DNA of 58,146 nt, taken from IMG/VR virus record IMGVR_UViG_3300032320_002537, positions 1-58,146 of that record. One strand, given 5' to 3'. Below the pieces are notes generated by a model. That model saw only the letters and a list, made by a program, of their open reading frames with translations. It searched no databases and was not told the DNA's origin. Positions within the stretch are counted from its first letter, which is position 1, and each line of letters opens with the position of its first letter. This stretch comes from a virus. Lineage: Duplodnaviria; Caudoviricetes. The position numbers were made by a program, and so were the translations under genes. Of the stretch, positions 28,171 to 37,585 are shown one piece after another.

Positions 28171-28240
28171 GTTGTTGTTTTATTCTATTTTCTTTTATTT
28201 TAATCAGAGATAACGTTATGTTTTCTCTTTGTCTTATTTA
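28171..28240 (-). promoter_or_regulatory. Late promoter plus long leader (stem-loop and A-rich tract), candidate SSB autoregulatory operator
   Basis: TAAATA 28240-28235, hairpin AGAGA-A-AAC-ATAAC-GTT-A-TCTCT, then about 30 nt A-rich sequence up to the ATG. Confidence 0.5.
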
Positions 28241-28249
28241 CCCATCAAG

Positions 28250-28903
28250 TTAGCTCATTCTAACCTGATTTGCAAGTTTTTTCTCGATTAATTTCAAACC
28301 TTTTCGGATGAAATTTCGAATCTCTGGATGAGATGAAAGGTTTATGAGATATTCGCCGATATTTTTATCTTGACCGAAATATAACTGGAATTGGTCTTCC
28401 CCCATATCAGAACAGAGTGATTGAAATCCAGGTATATCAAAGATCAAATACCAAGAAATACGATGCTCTTTGAGATGTTTCAAACAATCATTCTGAGCTA
28501 CAGATTTATAATGAGGATAATCGCAAAATTGAATCTTTTTCTCGGCACAAAAAGTATAGATGAATTTTATTGATTCTTTGATAAACTCTAACTGTTCTGC
28601 GGGAGATTTCCTATCGAGAATATTGATATATGCAATACATGTAGATAACCCTTTCGACGAAGAGAAAAACTTTAAATCGAAGAACTTCTTATCCTCTTGA
28701 TAAATCTTATACGGTGCCTCAAAAAATGCGCTCTTCATAAGATGAGGGTATTGTTCGAATGTTTTCTCCAATCGTTGGATATATAAGAATTCAGGTTTCT
28801 CCTCAAACCCGTCGAAATTTTTTCTAATTTTAAACGGTTTATTAGCGACTTTTCGAGTTGATGCAAGATACAGATTATATATCTGTTTTTGTTTTTCGGT
28901 CAT
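28250..28903 (-). CDS. Hypothetical protein, possibly gp59-like helicase loader
   Basis: 217 aa, basic, immediately upstream of gp32 as in T4; IYNLYLA N-terminus; similarity is weak. Confidence 0.4.
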   Translation of the reverse strand: MTEKQKQIYNLYLASTRKVANKPFKIRKNFDGFEEKPEFLYIQRLEKTFEQYPHLMKSAFFEAPYKIYQEDKKFFDLKFFSSSKGLSTCIAYINILDRKSPAEQLEFIKESIKFIYTFCAEKKIQFCDYPHYKSVAQNDCLKHLKEHRISWYLIFDIPGFQSLCSDMGEDQFQLYFGQDKNIGEYLINLSSHPEIRNFIRKGLKLIEKKLANQVRMS

Positions 28904-29307
28904 GCGAAAATGAAAATGTTAGTAATTTTATCTTTCAAGTAGTCGATGAAAAATTGAATACCTTCATCTGTAAATTTTGTATCTGATATCTCCACATTGG
29001 CCCATGATCTGAACGATGGAATGTCTAATATATTCTCTTTGAAATTGATGCAAAGAGAGTTGACTAAAACTGCCGTCTCAACATAATGTAAGGATGCACC
29101 CCAATCGGATTCCCCGAATGTATGGTTTTGATCTAAAAATTCTAAAAATGCAACATATAATTGTTCCCGATGAAGTTCGACAAGTTTCTCATCCAAAGGG
29201 ACATTAGGCCAAAAGTTCGAATCGGTTACTGCATTTAGTGCAGCACCTATAAGAAAAAAAGGCGATCCTACGAAGGCGAAAAGGGGTTTGGACGATAGGT
29301 CATTCAT
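28900..29307 (-). CDS. Hypothetical protein
   Basis: 135-aa ORF with ATGA overlap. Confidence 0.65.
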   Translation of the reverse strand: MNDLSSKPLFAFVGSPFFLIGAALNAVTDSNFWPNVPLDEKLVELHREQLYVAFLEFLDQNHTFGESDWGASLHYVETAVLVNSLCINFKENILDIPSFRSWANVEISDTKFTDEGIQFFIDYLKDKITNIFIFA

Positions 29308-29571
29308 TTATTTTATCTTTTTAGATTTGTTGAGGACAGGCCATCTGTAACTCATATATTCTACTATATCATACCATGACGAATCGGTCAAATCAACTAA
29401 AACTTGCTGTAGATGGACTTCTTTTCGAAGAACTGTGAAGAATGTGACACAAGATATCGGTTTATTCATTATTATCGATAGGAATGACCCCACTTTATTA
29501 ACCGCTTCTTCGATCTCATTTTTATGGACAACATCTATTGGGGCAAGAACATTAAGATTTTCGGGTAACAT
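29308..29571 (-). CDS. Hypothetical protein
   Basis: 87-aa ORF; TAAATA 6 nt upstream. Confidence 0.7.
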   Translation of the reverse strand: MLPENLNVLAPIDVVHKNEIEEAVNKVGSFLSIIMNKPISCVTFFTVLRKEVHLQQVLVDLTDSSWYDIVEYMSYRWPVLNKSKKIK

Positions 29572-29601
29572 CTCTTTTATTTATTTGATTATAAATAAAA
29601 A

Positions 29602-30945
29602 TCAAATATCGTCAAGAGAGAATCCTAACATGTTTCCTGATGCCATAATATCGACATCTGCAAGAGTTGATGTGTCTCTAGTTTCATACAATCGAAGGGT
29701 GTTATAGTCCACCGACCAAAACCCTGTATGCCCCTTATCACCATCGCGAACTTTAGCACCGACATAACGTAAGATAGATGCCTCACGATCTTCATCCGTC
29801 TGCCAAATATTAGCATGAAAATCTTCATCTGCAATGCTGTCCCATGAACCTGAAATCGTATTCAACCCTGGAGATTCGGCTCTATGACTACTGCGATTCA
29901 ATTGTGCCACAGAAATTCCAGGGGCACCAATGTTATATGTTAAACCTCTACATTCTTGGGTTATATATTGAATCTCGGAGTGTTTTGCTTGTTGAAGAGT
30001 GCTGGGTCTAAGAAGTGCATGATAATCAAATGCTATCAGATTAGGTTCAAATGCTTTTCTACGTTTCAATAACCCAGAATGGGCCAAGAGAGTCTTCGCA
30101 GATGCGCCTTTGGTCGGAAATTCTTTAATGATCAACCTTGATTGATATTTTGATTTAAAGTCTTCGATATATTCGTTGATATTGTCGATCTGAGTGTCTA
30201 ACTGTGACATAGCAATACCTGTCAGGATCGAAGAAATGCGTTTTGCATATCGCATTTCAGACATCTCTAATGTATAGAGAAGAACGTGTTTACCTTGAAG
30301 TAGAACATTGCATATGATATTAGCTAAAACGATTGATTTTCCCACATTTGTTTCACCGCCAATACATCCGAACTGTTTCCCCTCTTCGAAGAATCCTCCA
30401 CCGATGGCAGTGTCAAAACCTACATATCCAGTCGAGAATACATTCTGTTTCTCTTGAAGATATTCGACAACTTTATGTGAGTCGGCAAAATATTCCAATC
30501 CTAAATTATCAATGAGGGATATTGAATGAATCTTCTCATTTTCGATCTGAAATTCATTCATATCGATCTGTTTATCTTTAGCCCTTTCATCGATAGCCTT
30601 CTCAAGGAGGGCTTCAAGCTTTCTCTGCCTGATGAAATGCTCCGTATTACGGATCAATTCTTCTTCTGCATATTCAACATCTAGTCCTCGAATAGCTTTT
30701 ACTGCGTTCTCAAGTTTATCTTTTTGCTGTGAAGAGACAACACGGATTTTTAATTCGGTATTTGTCGGAGTTACGTCATTTTCAATGAAGAAGTCCTTTA
30801 TGATACCGATGATACATCCGATATTCTTGTCTTTAAAAATGCCCTCTTCCAAATAGTCAATACATGAAGCAAGGAAAGGTGAATCTTTTTTAAGAGCATT
30901 GACGAATATTACTTTTTCAAAGAAGTCAAGATCGATTTTAATCAT
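29602..30945 (-). CDS. gp41: Replicative DnaB-like helicase (gp41); start revised to MIKIDLD
   Basis: GGETNVGKS Walker A, YTLEMSE, IIKEFPT, FDY, AQLNRS. Confidence 0.93.
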   Translation of the reverse strand: MIKIDLDFFEKVIFVNALKKDSPFLASCIDYLEEGIFKDKNIGCIIGIIKDFFIENDVTPTNTELKIRVVSSQQKDKLENAVKAIRGLDVEYAEEELIRNTEHFIRQRKLEALLEKAIDERAKDKQIDMNEFQIENEKIHSISLIDNLGLEYFADSHKVVEYLQEKQNVFSTGYVGFDTAIGGGFFEEGKQFGCIGGETNVGKSIVLANIICNVLLQGKHVLLYTLEMSEMRYAKRISSILTGIAMSQLDTQIDNINEYIEDFKSKYQSRLIIKEFPTKGASAKTLLAHSGLLKRRKAFEPNLIAFDYHALLRPSTLQQAKHSEIQYITQECRGLTYNIGAPGISVAQLNRSSHRAESPGLNTISGSWDSIADEDFHANIWQTDEDREASILRYVGAKVRDGDKGHTGFWSVDYNTLRLYETRDTSTLADVDIMASGNMLGFSLDDI

Positions 30946-31324
30946 TAGGATACAGATACGCTTGGGTTGATACGGTTTCAAGTTCTTTCGCATCTAAATC
31001 ATTCAATTCGGCAAAAAGTAATGCCTCATCTTCTGACGTTCCCACGAAGTATGTCTCACCTATACGATAAACATTGTATACTTTAGCTGCTGGGATATTT
31101 AGCTCATAGACAGTGCTGTCCCCGAATATTTGAAAAACATAAGTTAGAGTCATCCAGAGACTAAAGACGAATGTGATCCAAGAGGAAGCCCCATATGTTA
31201 AGATGGATAGTATCGCCCATAACACATAACCTATCGTGCTACAGAACATATCACTGGGTTTCTTTTTCGCATTAAGAAAAAATGTCTTAGATTTATTAGT
31301 TATTATTTTGGTTTCAGTGTCCAT
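30938..31324 (-). CDS. Membrane protein (two predicted TM helices)
   Basis: Hydrophobic stretch at about aa 27-67. Confidence 0.65.
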   Translation of the reverse strand: MDTETKIITNKSKTFFLNAKKKPSDMFCSTIGYVLWAILSILTYGASSWITFVFSLWMTLTYVFQIFGDSTVYELNIPAAKVYNVYRIGETYFVGTSEDEALLFAELNDLDAKELETVSTQAYLYPND

Positions 31325-31325
31325 C

Positions 31326-31628
31326 TTATTGTTGAGAAAATGACATGTTTAGAATTCTATTATAATAAGGTTTATTCTTCAAATGCTTCTCATATAACCA
31401 CATTTCAAAGTATGTATGATCGACCAATTCTTCGGTATCGACATTCTCTTTTATACGTAATTGCCTATTTTGAAATGCTTTGAATAGCTCACCTACAGAG
31501 AGTTTGACGAACCGTCCCGTAGATTCGTCTTTCTTCTCCATTGCCACATCTTCCTCTATCAACTCTATAGTCGCAACATTAGGTTTGTCGATGAAAATAC
31601 TAGGATATTGGATAGTGACTGTTATCAT
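31326..31628 (-). CDS. Hypothetical protein
   Basis: 100-aa ORF coupled to uvsX. Confidence 0.65.
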   Translation of the reverse strand: MITVTIQYPSIFIDKPNVATIELIEEDVAMEKKDESTGRFVKLSVGELFKAFQNRQLRIKENVDTEELVDHTYFEMWLYEKHLKNKPYYNRILNMSFSQQ

Positions 31629-32635
31629 TAAAGTTTAAATTTCAAGTTGACTGCTTTTTCAAACTCATCGTCATTGATTAATGCTTCCATGAATTCCGCA
31701 TCGGCTTCCAAATCACCTCTACGTTTAGAGGGCATCTGTTCTGTCCAAGATTTAAGTTTATACCATCCTTGTTTAGGCGATAGGATAAACCCTTCCTCAC
31801 GCGCAATGTCGAATATGCCTGAATATTTTTCGATACCCTTTCCAAATTCCGCAGTGACAGGGAAAGATGAATTTTCTTTTACATATCGAGATAAGCCAGA
31901 TTTAATAGTGAAGGTGAAACCTTGTTGGTCTTTACCATCCATATCCTTAGCTTTAGTGATGAACCAAAGCGTGTGACCTGCATACTGTGCTCCTCTTCCT
32001 CCAGCAGCAACTTCCTTACCGTAAAGGTCAAGAGTTTGGTATGAGTGGTTGATGATAATCACAGGGATATCTTTTTTAGCAACATGCGGTGTGATAATTC
32101 GGAACACGCTCTTCAGTTGTTTCGCTCTTGTCATATCCGAGACATCTTTACTATCCAATGCATCTTGAGCTTCTTTCTTTGATGGAAGCATACCGATAGA
32201 ATCAACAGCAATTAGAACATTGTCTCCTTCTTCGATATCATTAACCAAATTAGCAATATCGTTTTTCCATTCTTCTACGGAAGTAATGAATCGATGGTCG
32301 ATTCGGTCCATATCAAGACCTGCTTTTTCAAAATACTCTGGGGTATAACCTTTTTCCGAATCATATAGGACAATATAGTAGTCTTTATCCTTGTTTTCAT
32401 CTTGAAAACCGCGCATCATTTCCAACAGGAAGTTGGTTTTAAAATGTTTGGGTGGTGCTGCAACCATAGTAATACCAGCTTTTGGCATTCCCCCTTTAAA
32501 TGAGCCAGTGAAGGCAAGATTCAATATGGGGATGTTGGTCGGGATAAAACTATCTGCCGCGAAATATTTACTATTTTTGAGTAACTCGGGCTTTACAATG
32601 CTGTTTTTACGAAGACGTTCTAGTAGTTTAGACAT
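31628..32635 (-). CDS. uvsX: RecA-like recombinase UvsX
   Basis: AAPPKHFKT Walker A, LYDSE, VDSIGMLPSKKE, DMTRAKQLKSVFR. Confidence 0.93.
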   Translation of the reverse strand: MSKLLERLRKNSIVKPELLKNSKYFAADSFIPTNIPILNLAFTGSFKGGMPKAGITMVAAPPKHFKTNFLLEMMRGFQDENKDKDYYIVLYDSEKGYTPEYFEKAGLDMDRIDHRFITSVEEWKNDIANLVNDIEEGDNVLIAVDSIGMLPSKKEAQDALDSKDVSDMTRAKQLKSVFRIITPHVAKKDIPVIIINHSYQTLDLYGKEVAAGGRGAQYAGHTLWFITKAKDMDGKDQQGFTFTIKSGLSRYVKENSSFPVTAEFGKGIEKYSGIFDIAREEGFILSPKQGWYKLKSWTEQMPSKRRGDLEADAEFMEALINDDEFEKAVNLKFKL

Positions 32636-32672
32636 GATATATTTTACACCATGGCACAATGTATTTCCAGCG

Positions 32673-33068
32673 TTAATACATTTTTACTATATTATTTTCG
32701 GGTGCAGAGGGGTTATCAGGGGCAGGAGCATCAACATTAGGAATTAACCCTACAAAGTTTCTATTATACACATCCTTCATCTGGTCGGTCAATTCTAACA
32801 CACCTGAAAGGCATCTGTTTTTCCAAAAAGTAGTGGGGAAATCAATCGTGTTTTGATAATCTCTAAGAAATCCCATAACATGAAACGGTGGATCAATAGT
32901 TAGTAAGGTAACTGGATAAAAACGTGGAATAACTCCAGGATTAGCGGGGTCTTTTTCCACTGTGGTGTAAAGTGCTCTGTTGAGAACAATTTTATCATCT
33001 GTTTCTTCGACTAAAAGACCGATAATGAATTGACTAATATCTGTATAAATGCCTACAATTTTTTCCAT
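32673..33068 (-). CDS. Hypothetical protein (possible Sm-like fold)
   Basis: SQFIIGLLVEETDDKIVLNRA; TAAATA 7 nt upstream of ATG 33068. Confidence 0.65.
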   Translation of the reverse strand: MEKIVGIYTDISQFIIGLLVEETDDKIVLNRALYTTVEKDPANPGVIPRFYPVTLLTIDPPFHVMGFLRDYQNTIDFPTTFWKNRCLSGVLELTDQMKDVYNRNFVGLIPNVDAPAPDNPSAPENNIVKMY

Positions 33069-33107
33069 AATCAATTATTTAGAACTGACTATGAATAGAT
33101 GCAACTA

Positions 33108-33407
33108 TTATTGTTTAGGTTTAAAGGAATTGGTTATTTTACCTTGTTCATGTCTTTCTAACCTTTCATAGTTAGCCATAGCATTAAGATTGAAACTCTG
33201 TTTCAAATCATGTAAATCCTGCTTAGTCTCGCTGTATATCTTATACAATTCAGTCTTTTCGAATTCATACATCTTAAGTAGATCGCTTTTACTGATCCAT
33301 TTATCTGTATAATAATCAGTTTGAATATCAGCAACTAAGCGATCTTCGAAGATACTTTGATATATTCGTTTACTTTCATCCAAAAACGTCTTCAAGCGAA
33401 GCTTCAT
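33108..33407 (-). CDS. Hypothetical protein
   Basis: ORF fills the gap after the polymerase; start uncertain. Confidence 0.5.
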   Translation of the reverse strand: MKLRLKTFLDESKRIYQSIFEDRLVADIQTDYYTDKWISKSDLLKMYEFEKTELYKIYSETKQDLHDLKQSFNLNAMANYERLERHEQGKITNSFKPKQ

Positions 33408-35964
33408 ATTGGATTTTAGGGTCTGGAATTTGCCATTTAAGAGCGTCATAGAAAGGTTGAAGGGGTTTGATTATATCTTTGAAGAACATTCGTTCATAAT
33501 CGGGTTGCAGTTCAAAATCTTCAGGGAAGATATCTTGATATGCAATACCGTCAATATCAAAACGATTAGGCTTTAGATAAACAGTTTTTATCTTGGAGCC
33601 ATTCTCAATTCTACGATACTTATTTTGAAGATGAAGCTTTTGCAATAATTCGTTATGGTATATGCTGAACTTTGCTCTCTGTGGAGTTCCTTTTGCAGTG
33701 TTCATACCTTCATTTTTACGATCCCATCCAGACAGACTTTTAATATTACCCCTCTCGGCAATATCATTAATATCAAATTGCATGAATTGGTTATCATATG
33801 CATCGAATATCATCTCATCTGCATACTTCTTGTTCTTTTGGAACATGATGATGGAGACGATTTTCTTAGAAACATCTTTTGCCTTATTAGGGAGGGTGGA
33901 TTTTGCCAATTGAACACCAGAATATTTGAAATCATTAACCTGCTTACCTTCTTTGTTTATGATATAAAGAACATAGTTTTTCTTACCAGTCCATATTGCC
34001 TTAGAACAAACGCTTTCACGTTTGAAGAAGTATCTAGGGTCTAATGAATTGAATTTATCTATAGCCCACTGTTTGATTCGACCATTCAATTCGTCCGAAA
34101 CATGCTCTTCCAATGCATAGAAATCATCGGTCAATTCGCCCTCATCGTTATATATCTGAATGTTCTTCTTCTCACATACATCCTTAACGGAAATAAGGAC
34201 AGAATCGGTATCCATAGACACGACTCGGTCAAATTCAGACAAGCCATAAGACTTGACAAGAATGTCATTCACGATTTTCTCTGTCTGTTTAATAACTGCT
34301 TGTCCGACAGTCGTGATAGAGGTAGCACAATCAAGATCGTACAGTGCAAAGAATCTACTTGCGAATGCTCCATAGGTGGAGTTTAGAAGAATCTTATAGA
34401 GATACTGTTCGACATCTAATTTAGATGCAGTAGCCTTGAGAGCGCGATATTGGTCTGAATCTTTATTCATATCGTTCAAGCGCATTTCGATCTTCAACAT
34501 ATCATCCTTAACTTTTTTACGTTTGGCATAAAGAATATCGCAAAATGTCGGGACAATACCTTTCGTAGATTGATCATAGATCACATTATTTGGTGCAATA
34601 GACCAATTCTTTCTTCTGATTAGAGGGTAAAGTTTGTCTTTAGGGACTTCAACTTTTCGACGTTCCTTGTAGAGATATAATGTGAATGAATCATCCGTCT
34701 TGTCGATTATCTTTGCAGTTTTAGTCTCTGGTGAGATGTTTAAGGTGATGATATTACTAGGATATAGAGAGTTTGCATCGAATGAGACAATATCTTCATA
34801 AAGTCCTTCGATTGGAGTCTTGACATACCCTCCAGGGATTTTGGTATGCGATTCCGCACCTTTCTGAGTGGGTATGATCTGTCCGTTGTCTAATGCTTGT
34901 TTAGCTAATACCCCTGTAATAACTGCGGTCTTCCCTAGTGCCTTATCCAAGTTACAGAATCCACTGAATGCGGTAAACTTTGCGATTTCCAGATAATTCT
35001 TTGCCTCATCAAGGAGCATCAACAATTTAACGTCCCATATGTTGTAATTAATGAAACGGTCCCAATGATTGGCCGCTAGTTCTTGGAGTGAGCTATCGCC
35101 ATATTCAAGTTTACCCGTCTTCAACTCACTGTAACAGACAAAATCTAATGAATCACTTTCTCTTTCCCCAGGTGTGAAATATTTATATAGAACCATGTAG
35201 TCTAAATGGGTCACACCTCCCATGGTATACTCAATATATTTTTGTTGAAATCGATTGGTTTTTTCTGCACCGTAAACGCTACCCACAGGAGATAGTTTAT
35301 TTTTGGTTCCCTCACCAAAAACCAATTCTAATCGGTTTACGATATATGGTAAGTCGAAACTATATGAGTTGTAACCCACAATTATATCAGGGAAATTTCT
35401 ACGCCAGAAACGGAGAAACATTTTAAGCAATTCCTCTTCATCTTTACAGTATGTGTAAACGATCTCCTCGGGTTCAATTCCAGTCAAGTGATCTTTACAC
35501 GAATAATCATCATATCTCTTTATACCCCAAACATAGTATTTTTTAGTCTGTGAATCATAAATGGTTAAAGAAGTGATCGGGAATTTAGAATCCAAAGGAT
35601 CGGGAAATTCATCGGCGATCACCTCGATATCGTAGAAGAATGTTCGAAGAGGAAATCGTGTCATCTCACTGATATCCAAGGTGTGATACTTCTCTAGCAA
35701 ATACTGTTGAGGGACTGGTAGATTAAAATAAATAATGCTCTGACAGCTTTCTACGAACTTATTGCGTTCGTATACATTATTGAACTCCTTACGCACCAGA
35801 GGGACTCCATCGATACCATACATGTCCCTCTCGGATTCCTTGGCGGCAGGAAGATATAGAAACGGTTTATATTCTATCTCCAGTTTGTTCGGATCACCAG
35901 ATTCATCATATCCCCAATGGTGGATTACTGATTTTTTATTATCGTAGTAGATGTTTCTATACAT
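33376..35964 (-). CDS. gp43: Family B DNA polymerase (gp43)
   Basis: YDIE, GYNSYSFDLPY, YNIWDV exonuclease motifs; SFDANSLYPS, KILLNSTYG, MDTDS. Confidence 0.97.
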   Translation of the reverse strand: MYRNIYYDNKKSVIHHWGYDESGDPNKLEIEYKPFLYLPAAKESERDMYGIDGVPLVRKEFNNVYERNKFVESCQSIIYFNLPVPQQYLLEKYHTLDISEMTRFPLRTFFYDIEVIADEFPDPLDSKFPITSLTIYDSQTKKYYVWGIKRYDDYSCKDHLTGIEPEEIVYTYCKDEEELLKMFLRFWRRNFPDIIVGYNSYSFDLPYIVNRLELVFGEGTKNKLSPVGSVYGAEKTNRFQQKYIEYTMGGVTHLDYMVLYKYFTPGERESDSLDFVCYSELKTGKLEYGDSSLQELAANHWDRFINYNIWDVKLLMLLDEAKNYLEIAKFTAFSGFCNLDKALGKTAVITGVLAKQALDNGQIIPTQKGAESHTKIPGGYVKTPIEGLYEDIVSFDANSLYPSNIITLNISPETKTAKIIDKTDDSFTLYLYKERRKVEVPKDKLYPLIRRKNWSIAPNNVIYDQSTKGIVPTFCDILYAKRKKVKDDMLKIEMRLNDMNKDSDQYRALKATASKLDVEQYLYKILLNSTYGAFASRFFALYDLDCATSITTVGQAVIKQTEKIVNDILVKSYGLSEFDRVVSMDTDSVLISVKDVCEKKNIQIYNDEGELTDDFYALEEHVSDELNGRIKQWAIDKFNSLDPRYFFKRESVCSKAIWTGKKNYVLYIINKEGKQVNDFKYSGVQLAKSTLPNKAKDVSKKIVSIIMFQKNKKYADEMIFDAYDNQFMQFDINDIAERGNIKSLSGWDRKNEGMNTAKGTPQRAKFSIYHNELLQKLHLQNKYRRIENGSKIKTVYLKPNRFDIDGIAYQDIFPEDFELQPDYERMFFKDIIKPLQPFYDALKWQIPDPKIQYEASLEDVFG

Positions 35965-35982
35965 TATAATGTATTATCTATC

Positions 35983-36273
35983 TCAATGTAGATATTTAGA
36001 TTGTTTATAATTCTTTCTGAACAGAGGGCGCACTTCACCTTTCTCCATAAGCAATTTGCTCATTTTCATTCCTGTTGCTTCTTGTATTTTACGTTCAATG
36101 ACTCGTTTTATAGCATCGAAGCTATCCTCATGGGTGTCGATATCAAGTCGATATAAATCCTGAAATGCTTGCCGTAGTAGATCATAATCTACATTCCTAT
36201 ACAAGTCATAATCCGAATTGTCTTCGATTATGTTCGAGGAACCATTTGTTGTCTTTTCGTTTTTCGTCGCCAT
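35983..36273 (-). CDS. Hypothetical protein
   Basis: ORF fills the gap between the glycosyltransferase and the polymerase; start uncertain. Confidence 0.5.
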   Translation of the reverse strand: MATKNEKTTNGSSNIIEDNSDYDLYRNVDYDLLRQAFQDLYRLDIDTHEDSFDAIKRVIERKIQEATGMKMSKLLMEKGEVRPLFRKNYKQSKYLH

Positions 36274-37552
36274 ATGGTGTAGTGTAGAGGAATATATACT
36301 CATCCAAGTGGTCTTTCAAGTAATATTGTTCGGCATATTTCTTTCCGAATTCAACCGCTTGTTTAAATGTTGCCTCATTTTTCAAGATACTCTCAATCTG
36401 ACTCATCATATCTGCACCTGTTTTGAATAGATACTTCCAACCATTGTGATTGTAGCAATCCAAATCTTGGGCAACAACTGGTATTCCAAACATTCCACCT
36501 TCGGTGAGTTTGATATTCGACTTAGCCTTGTTGAATGGGTTATCGACAAGAGGAGCCAACATTATTTGACAATTTAAATTCTTAACGACCTGAGCATATT
36601 CAGGTAAAGGACTCCACGGATGGAATTCGATTCCTTTATTAATGAACCCTCTAAGGCTTAAAGGTAATGCACCGCCCATGAATACCCATTCATATTTCTT
36701 ATCTACAGTTAAATCTCTATGAATTGCCTCGACAACATGATGGAAATCATCTTTTTGGTTCGCACGGTTAGCCACATCAAAATGTGTCATACTTCCTGCA
36801 TATAGAATACGGGGTCTTTTACGATTCTTCTTGAAATTGAACAAGATTTTATTCATATCGAAAGATGAATCGAAAATATGCTTCGGTGCATAGTTAGGAA
36901 GGACCGTGATATTATCGAACTCTAGGTATTTCTTATAATGCTCCTTCATATATTCAGATACAACAGTCATCTCATCGGTGAGAGAGACGATTGCTTTCAT
37001 GTTTTCAAGGATTTTATCTTCGGTAAATCCTTGTTTACATACATTATAGTCGGCAATACAATCGGCAGGGGCGCAAATATCATCCACATCATAAAGAATT
37101 TTGAATCCTTTACCTGTTTGTCTCTTAAATTCGTTGGATGTCTTACGGAGAAATTTCATGAACTCCAATTGAGAGTCCGTTGCTTGTCTTTGAACTCTAA
37201 CTGCATCCACACCACCATAGAATCGAGGGTCAAAAACCATCTGATAAAGATTCATAACTACTGCCTTGTTATATGCGAGTAGATCATGTGCGGGCCATAT
37301 CATTCTCCAAAAACCACAACCCGATTGATCTGCACAGAAATGTATAACACGAGGTAAACCCTCTCCAGGGACAGGTATTTTAATTTGCGGTTGATCTGAA
37401 GAAGTGTTTAAGGTATGAACTTTTTCATGAAACGGATTTTTTCCGATTTTAAATCGAAAAGGATTAAATCGAATATTTGTTCCAGTGGAAGTGGTTCTAG
37501 GTTTAACTCCTGGAACTTTAATGGTTTCGTTAGGCTTTACAATAGTGGGCAT
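36206..37552 (-). CDS. GT-B fold (family 4-like) glycosyltransferase; start revised to MPTIV
   Basis: DQSGCGFWRM...YDVDD...LYAGSMTH...APLVDNPFNKAKSNIKLTEGG..GIPVV; TAAATA 8 nt upstream. Confidence 0.8.
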   Translation of the reverse strand: MPTIVKPNETIKVPGVKPRTTSTGTNIRFNPFRFKIGKNPFHEKVHTLNTSSDQPQIKIPVPGEGLPRVIHFCADQSGCGFWRMIWPAHDLLAYNKAVVMNLYQMVFDPRFYGGVDAVRVQRQATDSQLEFMKFLRKTSNEFKRQTGKGFKILYDVDDICAPADCIADYNVCKQGFTEDKILENMKAIVSLTDEMTVVSEYMKEHYKKYLEFDNITVLPNYAPKHIFDSSFDMNKILFNFKKNRKRPRILYAGSMTHFDVANRANQKDDFHHVVEAIHRDLTVDKKYEWVFMGGALPLSLRGFINKGIEFHPWSPLPEYAQVVKNLNCQIMLAPLVDNPFNKAKSNIKLTEGGMFGIPVVAQDLDCYNHNGWKYLFKTGADMMSQIESILKNEATFKQAVEFGKKYAEQYYLKDHLDEYIFLYTTPYGDEKRKDNKWFLEHNRRQFGL

Positions 37553-37585
37553 TGTGGAAATATTTAACAATACTGACTATCATAT

